From an uncultured Methanospirillum sp. (GTDB taxonomy: Archaea > Halobacteriota > Methanomicrobia > Methanomicrobiales > Methanospirillaceae): 64,000 bases of DNA. Within the stretch, counting starts at the first letter, position 1. Each line of letters begins with the position of its first letter. The position numbers and the translations under genes were made by a program. The stretch spans positions 41,100-105,099 of the forward strand of contig CAZCUJ010000003.1 in assembly GCA_964501565.1 (NCBI GenBank), given 5' to 3'. Below, in pieces: positions 42,436 through 56,316 of the stretch. Under the pieces are notes generated by a model. That model had not been told where the DNA came from and did no database searches. It saw only the letters and a program-made list of their open reading frames with translations.

Positions 42436-43527
42436 TCAGGCCTGGATCTTCGCCCTGCGCAGCGCGGAGAATCCCATGACCACGATCAGGTAGAACGCGA
42501 GGGCGATCATGAGGACCTCTCCGTAGAGCACCGCCCACTGCACGAGGGCCGGCTCGAAGGCGAGCGGGGCGGCGAACGTCGGGCGGAAGGCGTTCAGCCC
42601 GGCGATCGTCGGATTGCGGGTGGCGATCAGCGAGACCAGGGGAAGGGCGACGAGGGCCGCGATGACCACGGAGATGCCCTCGCGCCAGGTCAACACCTGG
42701 GGCTCGAGCATGACGAACGGCGTGATCACGGCCACGGCCGGGACGAGCAGGGGGAGGACGAATATCTCGGAGCCGACCACCCCCGGGTTGGCCTGCGCGA
42801 AGGCCGTGACGCCGAGCGCGCAGGCGACGACCGGGAAGAGGAGGAGCATGTGAAGCCCCTTCTCGCGTGGAAAGCGGATGTACTGCACTACCGAGAACGC
42901 CAGGAGCCCCGCCGCGACCGCCTCGGCGACGCCGAGCGCCGCCAGGAGGAGGAGCCCGCCGAAGAGGAAGCCCGAGAACGACGAGGACATCCGGTCCGAG
43001 ACCTCGTCGATGAAGAGGGCGAGGGCGTAGCCCATCCCGGCCGTCAGCAGGCCGAAGAGCAGGAGGCCCAGGCCGACGACGGGGTACGCTGCCGCTTCCT
43101 GCAGCCCGAGCGCGTCCCCGGCGAGACGGCCCAGGCCGGTCAGCGGGCTCGGGACGAGGACGAAGAGGATGACCAGCGAGACGGCGGACGCGATGAGCGC
43201 CGCCGTGGCACGCGCCATATGGTCGAGGGCATAGGAGAAGACCGGCATGGGCACGAGGGCCGCGAGCCCCGCGATCAGGGCCAGGAGGAGCAGGCCCGGC
43301 CCCCCCGACACGTCGGGCGGGACGATGAACAGCACGAGCGAGACGCCGATCGCGAGGAGAATCGGCACCACCCGGTGCCAGCGGCCGATGGCGCTCCGTT
43401 CGAGGATGATCTCGAGGGCCGGGGCGACGAGCAGGGCCGGGGCTATCCAGGTCCAGGACGGAATGGATGCCAGGAGGCCGGGTTCGATCGCCACAGGTAC
43501 TGGATCGCCGCGGAGGTATAAAGGCAA
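42436..43527 (-). CDS. hypothetical polytopic membrane protein
   Basis: 363 aa, almost entirely hydrophobic helices (about 10 TM). No motif recognised. Confidence 0.65.
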   Translation of the reverse strand: MPLYLRGDPVPVAIEPGLLASIPSWTWIAPALLVAPALEIILERSAIGRWHRVVPILLAIGVSLVLFIVPPDVSGGPGLLLLALIAGLAALVPMPVFSYALDHMARATAALIASAVSLVILFVLVPSPLTGLGRLAGDALGLQEAAAYPVVGLGLLLFGLLTAGMGYALALFIDEVSDRMSSSFSGFLFGGLLLLAALGVAEAVAAGLLAFSVVQYIRFPREKGLHMLLLFPVVACALGVTAFAQANPGVVGSEIFVLPLLVPAVAVITPFVMLEPQVLTWREGISVVIAALVALPLVSLIATRNPTIAGLNAFRPTFAAPLAFEPALVQWAVLYGEVLMIALAFYLIVVMGFSALRRAKIQA

Positions 43528-43569
43528 TCGCTTTTGGTTGCCGGTTCGCCGGCAGGAAAACGGGTGGGG

Positions 43570-48133
<4,564 letters not shown>

Positions 48134-48224
48134 CTACTTATAGGTCGCTGTGGTCGCATAAAATGGAGAGAACGCGGCGACCGATGTTGAAAAGAGATGA
48201 AGAAAAGGCGTGTTTCAAAGTACG

Positions 48225-49495
48225 TCAATCAAAGGAACCGATCGAGGCGTCCTCGATGCCGAGCTGCCGGTCGATGGCGACGCAGAGCCGGCCGACGAGG
48301 CGCTTGATCTCGGGGAGCTCTTCGCGGTCGACCGTGCCGGCCTGGTGCCACATGATCCTCTTTCGGAGCATGGTCGTGAGCTCCTCGACCTCGGTTCCGC
48401 GGAACTGCGCGGGCAGCATCCACTCGTCCAGGTGGTCGGCGAGACCGTAGAAGGCTTGGTCGGAGGGCAGGCAGAGGTGATTGCCGATCAGCATCAGGTT
48501 GGTGACGTATCCGCGTCCGAACTTCGACGACGCCATGACCGTACGGTGGACGCCTCGATGGATAAGCGCTTGCCCGGTTTCGGACCGCTCCTCACCTTGG
48601 CAGTCCCTCCGAATTCGATGGGCGGTGTCGAGCAGAACGACGATGGAGATCCGGGGACGTGCCGCCGCTGCCTGCGCGAGAATCTCCAGGGTCGGCGAGA
48701 GGCCGGTTCCCGGGAGAAGGGCCTTGAGCGATTTGAGCTCCTGCGGATCGGGCGCTCACCGTGCAGGACGTCGGCCACCAGCACGGTGATGTTGTCCGGC
48801 CCGCCGTGGTCGTTCGCGCTCGTGACGAGCTCGCGGCAGCAGGCGGCAGGTCCTCCGAACCGTCCGAGCACCCGGGCGATCTCACCGTCGTCCAGCACCG
48901 CCGTGAGGCCGTCCGTGCAGAGGAGGAGACGGTCGCCGGGCCGCCGCTCAACCCGTCGGAGGTCGGGGCGCGAGGGTGTCGACGCGCCGAGCGTGCGCGT
49001 AACGACGTTCTGGCCGCGGTGGACGCGCGCCTCCTCCTCGGTGATCCGGCCGGCGGCTACGAGCTCGGCGGCGACGTTGTGGTCCGTGGTCATCCGGTGG
49101 AGAGCGCCGTCGCGGAGGAGGTAGGCCCGGCTGTCGCCAACGTGAGCAATTACCCACTCCGCCCCGGCCCCGACGGCGAGCACCACGGTCGTCCCCATCC
49201 CCGCGAGCCGGGGGTCGTCCATCCCCGCGGCGCGGACGGCCCCGTCCGCTGCGTCGATCGCGGCCCTGATGCCGGCCTCGAGCCCCCCGCCCCTCGGCAG
49301 CGGGGCGATCGTCGCGACGAGCGTCTCGGCGGCGACCCGGCTCGCGACCTCCCCGCCGGGGAGGCCGCCGAGGCCGTCCCCGACCACGTAGACCTCGCGC
49401 GCGGGATCGGCACGGACCGCGTCCTCGTTCGTCCGCCGCCAGCGCCCGCGGTCCGTCATCCACGCCGCCCTCACCGCCGGGGTCCCCGGGTCCAT
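48225..49495 (-). CDS. PP2C-family Ser/Thr phosphatase whose coding frame switches near 48755 into a ~175-aa C-terminal region (frameshifted fusion, or a separate downstream gene)
   Basis: The PP2C core has 'RRTNEDAV', 'YVVGDGLGGLPGGEVAS', 'GTTVVLAV', 'HVGDSRAYLL', 'LLLCTDGLT' and 'GGPDNITVLVADV'. After ~48755 this frame becomes R/S/P-rich with rare codons. The frame that is in phase with ORF 48225-48536 is GC3-rich from the TGA at 48756-58 onward. Confidence 0.6.
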
Positions 49496-49539
49496 GAAGA
49501 GAGAGTGGTGGGCGGAGTATTCAAGGTTTCAGCCCGCTC

Positions 49540-50358
49540 TCAGGCCGCAACGAGAAAGACCGCCAGTGGCGCGCCGACCACGACGGCCATGCAGGCAGCG
49601 AGGGCCGCCCACTCCCGGGCAAGCAGCGGTTTCTTCGGCACGAGGAGGAACGCGTCCCGCCCGTACCCCCGGCAGAGCATGGCGGTGTACGTCCGCTCGC
49701 CCTGCTCGTACGACCGGATGAACATGGTCCCGAGGGTGTAGCCGGCCTGCCGGAGGCGGTAGCGGTACGGAAGAGACCGGTCCAGGGGATCGAAGCACCG
49801 GGTCGCGAGCGCATTCCGGATGCGGACGAACATCTGGCCGAAGACGAAGAGGTACCGCGTCATCATTCCGAGGATCAGCGTGAACTCCGAGGGAAGACCG
49901 AGGCGTCGTGCTCCCATCAGCAGGTCCTGGATGGTCGTGGTCGACGAGAGGAAGATGACGAAGCCGATACACAGCACGAACCGGGCGCCCACCTGCGCGG
50001 CGAGATCGAGCGCCTCGGCCGTCACGACGATCCCGAACGGCAGGGTCGCTACAACCGTCGGCGACGCGACGGGGACTGCCGGGAAGAAGACCTGGAAGAG
50101 GAGGATCGAGAGGCCGAACGGCAGGATCGCCGCCATCCGCAGCAGGAACGACCGGACCCGGACTCGCGAAACAGCGAGGAGAATGACCAGCAGCAGCGCG
50201 AATACAAGAGCCAGGGGAAACGTCCCTGGCCCGCGCGGAAACGCGACGAGCGCGATGATGGCGCCGAAGCAGACCACGATCTTGACCCGGGCGTCGACCC
50301 GGTGGAGCGGGCTGTCGCCGTAGGCGAGCCGCTCCATCTCGAAGAGGTCCTCGATCAT
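49540..50358 (-). CDS. cbiQ: ECF/cobalt transporter transmembrane (T) component
   Basis: 272 aa. 'SPLHRVDARVKIV' is a typical CbiQ N-terminus, with several TM helices. It lies downstream of cbiO with an ATGA overlap. Confidence 0.85.
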   Translation of the reverse strand: MIEDLFEMERLAYGDSPLHRVDARVKIVVCFGAIIALVAFPRGPGTFPLALVFALLLVILLAVSRVRVRSFLLRMAAILPFGLSILLFQVFFPAVPVASPTVVATLPFGIVVTAEALDLAAQVGARFVLCIGFVIFLSSTTTIQDLLMGARRLGLPSEFTLILGMMTRYLFVFGQMFVRIRNALATRCFDPLDRSLPYRYRLRQAGYTLGTMFIRSYEQGERTYTAMLCRGYGRDAFLLVPKKPLLAREWAALAACMAVVVGAPLAVFLVAA

Positions 50359-51194
50359 GGTGCCTGGCGCACCTTCAGGGCGATGGCGAGGTTCTGCTCG
50401 ACCTCGTCGAAGGTGTAGGCCACGGGCAGGTCGGCGCCCCGCCGCCGGAGCGAGCGGCAGAGCTTGGGGAGGACGGGGACGTCGAGCCGGACGTGGCGGA
50501 GCATCTCCTCCTGCTCGAAGATCTCCTCGACGGTCCCCTGGGCCTGGATCGACCCGCGGTCCATCACATAGACGTAGTCGGCGAACTCGGTGACCAGGTC
50601 GAGCTCGTGTGTCGAGATGATCACGGTCATGCCGTAGTCCTCCGAGAGGCCGTTCACAAACCGGATCAGGTCGTCGCGGCCGCGAGGGTCGAGCCCGGCC
50701 GTCGGCTCGTCCATGACCAGCACCCCGGGCTCCATGGCGAGCACGCCGGCGATCGCGACCCGCTTCTTCTCCCCGCCCGAGAGGTGGTGGGGAGCCCGAT
50801 GCCGCAGGTACTCGATCCCGAGCAGGCCGAGCGCCTCGTCGACGCGGTGCATCACCGTCGTCTCGTCGAGCCCGAGGTTGGTCGGGCCGAATGCGATGTC
50901 CTGCTCGACCGTCGGTGCGAAGATCTGGTCGTCGGGGTTCTGAAAGACGACGCCGACGAACTTGCGGACTTCCTTGAGGTTCTTCTTCGTCACCGGCTCG
51001 CCGCGGACCAGGACCTGCCCTTCCCGGGCGAGGAGGACACCGTTGAGGTGGCGGAAAAGCGTCGACTTTCCGGCGCCGTTCGGGCCGATGACGGCGATGC
51101 GGACGTTCCTGGGGGCCACGAAATTGACGTCGTCGAGGGCGCGGACGGTATCGCGGTACGCGAATGAGAGGTGCTGCGTCTCGATCAGGTGCAT
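50355..51194 (-). CDS. cbiO: ECF/cobalt transporter ATPase
   Basis: 279 aa. Walker A is 'GPNGAGKST', the signature is 'LSGGEKKRVAIA' and Walker B is 'LVMDEPTAGLD'. Confidence 0.9.
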   Translation of the reverse strand: MHLIETQHLSFAYRDTVRALDDVNFVAPRNVRIAVIGPNGAGKSTLFRHLNGVLLAREGQVLVRGEPVTKKNLKEVRKFVGVVFQNPDDQIFAPTVEQDIAFGPTNLGLDETTVMHRVDEALGLLGIEYLRHRAPHHLSGGEKKRVAIAGVLAMEPGVLVMDEPTAGLDPRGRDDLIRFVNGLSEDYGMTVIISTHELDLVTEFADYVYVMDRGSIQAQGTVEEIFEQEEMLRHVRLDVPVLPKLCRSLRRRGADLPVAYTFDEVEQNLAIALKVRQAP

Positions 51195-51236
51195 GGTGTG
51201 TGGGCCTCTACTGGATCTGAGACAAAAAATGATACA

Positions 51237-51584
51237 TTATGGGGTGCCCGGCTGGCCCGCCCGCTTGATTCCGTAGGCGAGACCGCCGACGACAAGCAGG
51301 GCGAGGAGGATGCCGCCGACGATCAGGGCGACGTTCGTGAGGTCGGAGGCCCCCTCGACCGTGTAATCGGGAAAGGGTGCCTCGTACTCGAACGAGCCGG
51401 GCAGGGACGCCTCGTCAAGCTCGGCTCCCGGGGCGGCCGGCTGGGTCAGCTCCTTGAGGCCCTGTGTGATCAGGGCCGTGCTGTCGAGCCCGTCGGGGTC
51501 GCCCGAGGCGAAGAAGACGGCGGCCGTCCCGATCAGCAGGGCGAGGACGACCCCGCCGACGAGAAACGCCGTCCTGGAGATCAT
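51237..51584 (-). CDS. PDGLE-domain membrane protein (occupies the CbiN/NikN position)
   Basis: 115 aa counted from ATG 51584, which overlaps the cbiM stop. It has an N-terminal TM, 'SGDPDGLDS' (PDGLE motif) and a C-terminal TM 'VALIVGGILLALLVVGGLAY'. Confidence 0.65.
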   Translation of the reverse strand: MISRTAFLVGGVVLALLIGTAAVFFASGDPDGLDSTALITQGLKELTQPAAPGAELDEASLPGSFEYEAPFPDYTVEGASDLTNVALIVGGILLALLVVGGLAYGIKRAGQPGTP

Positions 51585-52234
51585 GCGGGCACCCCCGCGG
51601 ACGGTATTCCCACCGATTCGTCGAGGATGTCGGGGCGGGCGGCAGCGATGAGGCCGAGCACCACGGCCGTTATAGCGCCCTCGATGATACCGATCAGGGC
51701 GTGGTAAACGCCCATGCTCACGATGCCAGGCACGAGAGGGAAGGTGCCGGCGACGTAGAGCTCCACGGCCGCGACGAGAGCGGGCACCAGGCAGGCGAGC
51801 CACGCTGCGCCGGCGGCGGATGCATACAGGTTCCGGGTCAGCCCGTGGAGCCCCTGGTACGCGTAGTACCCTACGAACCCCCCGATGACACCCATGTTCA
51901 CGATGTTCGCGCCCATGGTCGTGATGCCGCCGTCGGCGAAGAGGACGCCCTGGACGATCAGGACCAGGGTCAGCACGATGATCGCCGCGTACGGCGATCC
52001 CAGGGCGATGGCGACGAGCGCCCCGCCGACGAGGTGACCGCTCGTCCCCATGGTCACGGGGATGTTGAAGGCCTGCAGCGCGAAGACGCCGGCGGCGAGT
52101 ACCGCGAGGAGCGGGAGCTTCTCCTCGTCCATCTCGTTCCTGACCCAGCGGAGGGCCAGCGCGATGAAGAAAAGCGCGATCAGCCAGTAGACCGCTGCCT
52201 GCGTGATCGGGATGAAGGCGTCGGGAATGTGCAT
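51581..52234 (-). CDS. cbiM: cobalt/nickel ECF transporter substrate-capture component
   Basis: 217 aa. 'MHIPDAFI' is the characteristic N-terminus, followed by multiple TM helices. Confidence 0.9.
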   Translation of the reverse strand: MHIPDAFIPITQAAVYWLIALFFIALALRWVRNEMDEEKLPLLAVLAAGVFALQAFNIPVTMGTSGHLVGGALVAIALGSPYAAIIVLTLVLIVQGVLFADGGITTMGANIVNMGVIGGFVGYYAYQGLHGLTRNLYASAAGAAWLACLVPALVAAVELYVAGTFPLVPGIVSMGVYHALIGIIEGAITAVVLGLIAAARPDILDESVGIPSAGVPA

Positions 52235-52606
52235 GGTTTCACCTGTGTGTTACTTCCGTGCTGATTCGTATTATCCTCTCAGTGAAAAAGGTTCCTCTTT
52301 GTGATTTAATCAACCTGATGTTTCGAGGGCGGTGAACGAAACGAACGCAACGGGACCGGGCGAGGAGCCCTGAATGCTCGCCCATGAAACCCGCTCCCTG
52401 CGCGGTCTGTCGACGATGATCCGGCCACCCGCCGCCCCGCACCAGCGGACGCTACCTCTGCACTCTCGTTCCGGAACCCTCGGGGCGACCACGGGTCACT
52501 TGGGGTACCTCGGGCACAGGATCGGGGAAACACGATCTTTCATCGTCAAGATGCCGGGAGATGCCGAAGGAACTTCCCCATGTCTCCATGTCCCCCCCCA
52601 TATCCT

Positions 52607-53776
52607 TCATCGCCGCTCGTCCTGCCTGAGGAGTTCGGCGATCCCCAGGCGCATGATTATCGGGAGCACCGGCCAGAGCGACGGCATCCGGCAGAGCCGG
52701 GCGAGGAGGCCGCTCGGCCGGTCCATATCGCCGTACTCGACGATTGTCCGGATCACCTTCGGGTCACCGAAGGCCCGGACGAGGCGGTCGACCTCCCCGG
52801 GCGTCACCTTCCTGCGCGCGGTCATGAGGCGGTACCCGAGGGCGAGCTCGCGGCCGAAGTCGGCCTGCCACCGGGCCTCGTACGTCGCCAGCGCCGCGTC
52901 GGAGCAGTCGCCGGCCTCGAGGCAGGACGCCGCTGTCTCGGCCGCGTACCGGCCCGACCGGACGCCCGTAAAGACGCCACCACCCGAGGTGGGCTTGGCC
53001 AGTCCCGCCGCGTCGCCGGCGAAGAGCACCCGGCGCCCGAACGTCCGGGGCATGGTCCCGATCGGGATCGTCCCCGCCGCCCGGTGGACAACCTTCCCGG
53101 GCCAGCGGGCGAGGTAGCGGGCGAAGAGGGCCGGGACGCCCGTCTCCCCGCAGAGGCCGACACGGACCACATGGTCCGAGACCGGGATGCGCCAGGCGAA
53201 GAACTCGGGCGCGGCGTTCGGGTGGATCTCGACCACGGCCGTCTCCACCGGCTCGTCCACGACCACGTCGGCCTGGACTCCGGCAAGGTGCGTCGGGGCC
53301 CGGGGCATGCCGAGCGAGCGGGCGACCGTCCCCTTCGGGCCGTCGGCCGCCACCAGGACTCCGAAGCCGACCTCTCCCGGGCACGCCCCGCCCATGACCA
53401 CGCGGTCGCCCTCAACCCGGAGGACCGGCGCCTTGAGGCGGAACTCCGCTCCCGCGTCGGCCGCCGCGGCCGCCATCTCCCGGTCGAGTTCGCCGCGGTC
53501 CACCACCAACGCTTTCGTCTCGCCGGCGTCGAACCGGAGCGAGCCCCCGAGGTCCGAGACCAGCCGGGCCCCCCGAACGCGGTTCCGGACCGGGCGGTCC
53601 GAGACCCGGCACTCGGCGAAGGCGCCCGACGAAAGGAGGCCTGCGCACTGGACGGGGTGGCCGATAGTCGCGTGCTCCTCGAGGACGAGCGTGGACAGGC
53701 CAAGCGATGCGGCCCGTTCGGCCGCGGCCGTTCCCGCAGGTCCGGCGCCGACCACGACGACGTCGTATCGCTCCAT
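52607..53776 (-). CDS. geranylgeranyl reductase-family flavoprotein (digeranylgeranylglycerophospholipid reductase-like)
   Basis: Called from ATG 53776. 'YDVVVVGAGPAGTAAAERAA' is the FAD-binding motif, and 'VLFAGDAAGLAKPTSGGGV' is typical of the GGR family. Confidence 0.85.
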   Translation of the reverse strand: MERYDVVVVGAGPAGTAAAERAASLGLSTLVLEEHATIGHPVQCAGLLSSGAFAECRVSDRPVRNRVRGARLVSDLGGSLRFDAGETKALVVDRGELDREMAAAAADAGAEFRLKAPVLRVEGDRVVMGGACPGEVGFGVLVAADGPKGTVARSLGMPRAPTHLAGVQADVVVDEPVETAVVEIHPNAAPEFFAWRIPVSDHVVRVGLCGETGVPALFARYLARWPGKVVHRAAGTIPIGTMPRTFGRRVLFAGDAAGLAKPTSGGGVFTGVRSGRYAAETAASCLEAGDCSDAALATYEARWQADFGRELALGYRLMTARRKVTPGEVDRLVRAFGDPKVIRTIVEYGDMDRPSGLLARLCRMPSLWPVLPIIMRLGIAELLRQDERR

Positions 53777-53783
53777 CCTCCTG

Positions 53784-54512
53784 TTATTGGCCGTCCTCCT
53801 CCATAACGGTGCGGGGCGTAATCTCACCGTCCTCGCCGGCCTCCTTCGGGTGCTCGAGCAGGATCGACGCGAGGGCCGCGGTGATGTACCCGAAGACCGT
53901 GAACGAGTAGAGCCCGATCATGAACCCGAGGATCCGGCCGGCGCCCGTCTCGGGCCACCCGCCCGAACCGAGCGTGATGAGCATCATCCCCGACCACCAG
54001 AGCGCGTCGCCGAAGGTCGCGAACTCCGGGTTCGTCTCGCTCTCGAAGGTGAAGATCCCCGCGGCGCCGACGAGGCCGACCATGGCCGAGAAGAGGATCA
54101 CGAACGGGACGTGGCGCGCGCCGAGCGCCCCGCGCCACGACCGCATCCCGCGATTGAGCCCCGTCACAATCCGGATGAGCCTGAGTCCCCGGAGCGCGGC
54201 GGCCCCGCGGAGCACGGCCGCGAAGCGGAAGAGGCGGAACGCCGGGACGATGAGCGCGATCACGGTCAGCCAGTTCTCCCGGACGAACCGGACCCGCTCG
54301 GTCGCGACGGCGAGCCGGACGAGAAACTCGATGATGAAGATCGCCCAGATGAGGTTGGTCGCTGGTTCGATGTACGGCGACTGTGACCCTGTCAGCTCGA
54401 GGACGAGCAGGGCGATCCAGATGAAGGCCAGGATCGCCAGAGGCCACTCGGTCCAGGCCTCCAGCTCCTCCAGGAACTCTCGCCGCTCGGGGTCGGAGTC
54501 GCCCGGGTCCAT
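53784..54512 (-). CDS. ion-transport (voltage-gated-channel superfamily) protein
   Basis: 242 aa. It has an S4-like segment 'FRLFRFAAVLRGAAALRGLRLIRIV' and a pore-like 'WWSGMMLITLGSGGWPET', with 5-6 TM helices. Confidence 0.75.
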   Translation of the reverse strand: MDPGDSDPERREFLEELEAWTEWPLAILAFIWIALLVLELTGSQSPYIEPATNLIWAIFIIEFLVRLAVATERVRFVRENWLTVIALIVPAFRLFRFAAVLRGAAALRGLRLIRIVTGLNRGMRSWRGALGARHVPFVILFSAMVGLVGAAGIFTFESETNPEFATFGDALWWSGMMLITLGSGGWPETGAGRILGFMIGLYSFTVFGYITAALASILLEHPKEAGEDGEITPRTVMEEDGQ

Positions 54513-54555
54513 CGAAGGCGATGTGGCGCCGGGCGGAGAAAATGCTTATGGCCGG

Positions 54556-56160
54556 TCAGCGGGAGATCGTGATCGGCCGACCCTTGATCCTGCGGCGCGA
54601 CATGATCGAGATCACCCGGTCGGCGTCCTCCTCGGGGACCTCGATCCACGACCGGTCGTCCCCGACCTCGATGAGCCCGAACCGTTCCCCCGGGATGCCC
54701 GTCTCCCCCGCGAACGCCCCGAGGATATCGCGATGGCGCACGGTCTGGTTCCGGCCCGCGCCGATCTCGAGCCGGACCGTCCCGGGGGTCGCCTGCCGGC
54801 CGTCGATCGACGACGGCACGCTCCCCCCCTCGTGGATCCGGAGCAGGGCCGCGGCGATATCGAGCGAGGAGAATCCCTCGAGCATCAGGCGTTCGACGCG
54901 CGCCGCCTGCTTCTCGAGCCCGCCTTCGGCAATGGTCTGCCGGAGCCGGTCCTCGAAGAGGTGCGTGCGGACCTCCTCGACGTCGGCCAGGCTCGGCAGC
55001 TGCCGCTGAACGATCTTGGTCTTTGTGTATTTCTGGATGTCGCGGAGCTTCCAGTGCTCGCGGCCGGTCACGAAGGTGTAGGCCTTCCCGGCCTTGCCGG
55101 CACGGCCCGTCCGGCCGATCCGGTGAACGTAGTACTCCTCGTCCTGGGGCATGTCGTAGTTGTACACGGTCGTGATGTCCGTGATGTCGATGCCCCGGGC
55201 CGCGACGTCGGTCGCGACGAGGATATCGATGGCGCCCTGGCGGAACCGGGCCATCACGCGGTCGCGCTGGCTCTGCTTCATGTCGCCGTGCAGTCCTTCG
55301 GCGGCGTACCCGCGCGACCGGAGCTGGGCCACGACCTCGTCCACCCCGCGCTTGGTGTTGCAGAAGACGAGCCCCTTCTCGCCGCCCGAGAGGTCGAGCA
55401 GGCGGGAGAGGGCCTCGAGCTTGTCGCCCTCGCGGACCTCGAAATAGACCTGCTCGACGAGGGGGACAGTCAGTTCGCGGTGGACCGTCCTGACCTCGAC
55501 GGGGTCGTGGAGGTACTGCTGCGAGAGGGCGAGGATCTCCGGCGGCAGGGTGGCCGAGAAGAGCAGGGTCTGCCGCTCGGACGGCGTCTCGTCGAGGATG
55601 GCGGTGATGTCGTCGCGAAAGCCCATGTCGAGCATCTCGTCGGCCTCGTCGAGGACTGCGAACCGGACGTTGTCGAGCGAGAGGGTCCCCCGATGAATGT
55701 GGTCGAGGACGCGGCCCGGCGTGCCGATCACGATCTGCACGCCCTTGCGAAGGGCGGCGAGCTGCCGCTCGATCGGCTGGCCCCCGTACACGGGGAGGAC
55801 CGTGATGCCGCGGCGGAACCGGGCGAGCTTGAAGAGCTCCTGGGCCACCTGGACCGCGAGCTCGCGGGTCGGGCAGAGGATCAGCGCCTGGACCGATCGG
55901 TCCGCCGGGTTGATCCGCTCCACGATGGGCAGCCCGAAGGCGGCGGTCTTGCCGGTACCGGTCTGTGCCTGGCCGATGAGGTCACGCCCGGAGAGGGCGG
56001 CCGGGACGGCCTGGTTCTGGATAGGGGTGGGCTCTTCGAACCCGAGCTCCCTGACGGCCCGGACCAGGGGTTCGGAGATGCCGAGCGCGCCGAAGAGGTC
56101 GGCCTGGGCCGGGGCGGGGGTAGCCCCGTCGTCGCGCCGATCGGGCGCCGGTTCAGTCAT
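54556..56160 (-). CDS. DEAD-box RNA helicase with C-terminal DbpA-like RNA-binding domain
   Basis: 534 aa. The Q-motif is 'FEEPTPIQ', followed by 'AQTGTGKT', 'VLDEADEML', 'SAT', 'VATDVAARGIDI' and 'YVHRIGRTGRAG'. Confidence 0.9.
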   Translation of the reverse strand: MTEPAPDRRDDGATPAPAQADLFGALGISEPLVRAVRELGFEEPTPIQNQAVPAALSGRDLIGQAQTGTGKTAAFGLPIVERINPADRSVQALILCPTRELAVQVAQELFKLARFRRGITVLPVYGGQPIERQLAALRKGVQIVIGTPGRVLDHIHRGTLSLDNVRFAVLDEADEMLDMGFRDDITAILDETPSERQTLLFSATLPPEILALSQQYLHDPVEVRTVHRELTVPLVEQVYFEVREGDKLEALSRLLDLSGGEKGLVFCNTKRGVDEVVAQLRSRGYAAEGLHGDMKQSQRDRVMARFRQGAIDILVATDVAARGIDITDITTVYNYDMPQDEEYYVHRIGRTGRAGKAGKAYTFVTGREHWKLRDIQKYTKTKIVQRQLPSLADVEEVRTHLFEDRLRQTIAEGGLEKQAARVERLMLEGFSSLDIAAALLRIHEGGSVPSSIDGRQATPGTVRLEIGAGRNQTVRHRDILGAFAGETGIPGERFGLIEVGDDRSWIEVPEEDADRVISIMSRRRIKGRPITISR

Positions 56161-56316
56161 GCTTCACGTACTCGCGCCCAGGCTACTTCTTGGTTGTGAA
56201 GGGCCGGAAGGGCGCGGCAGGTCCCCGAGCGGAACCTTCATCCGTTCATAGAAAAACCTTGTGATCGCGATCATGCACGCGGCCGGAGTACCCACGATTC
56301 CGGCCAGGAGCCGGTC

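Noticed and set aside
48494-48755. The C-terminal ~85 residues of the 333-aa PP2C ORF as real protein.
   Set aside because: The sequence is R/S/P-rich with rare codons, while an alternative frame over the same DNA has host-like GC3 and protein-like composition (see the frame-switch finding).
52235-52606. Cobalamin or NiCo riboswitch upstream of cbiM.
   Set aside because: Reading the minus strand, I find no B12-box (…AGYCMGGAGACCKGCC…-like), no GCCACTG core and no NiCo-type four-way junction signature. Cobalamin riboswitches are also not an established feature of archaea.
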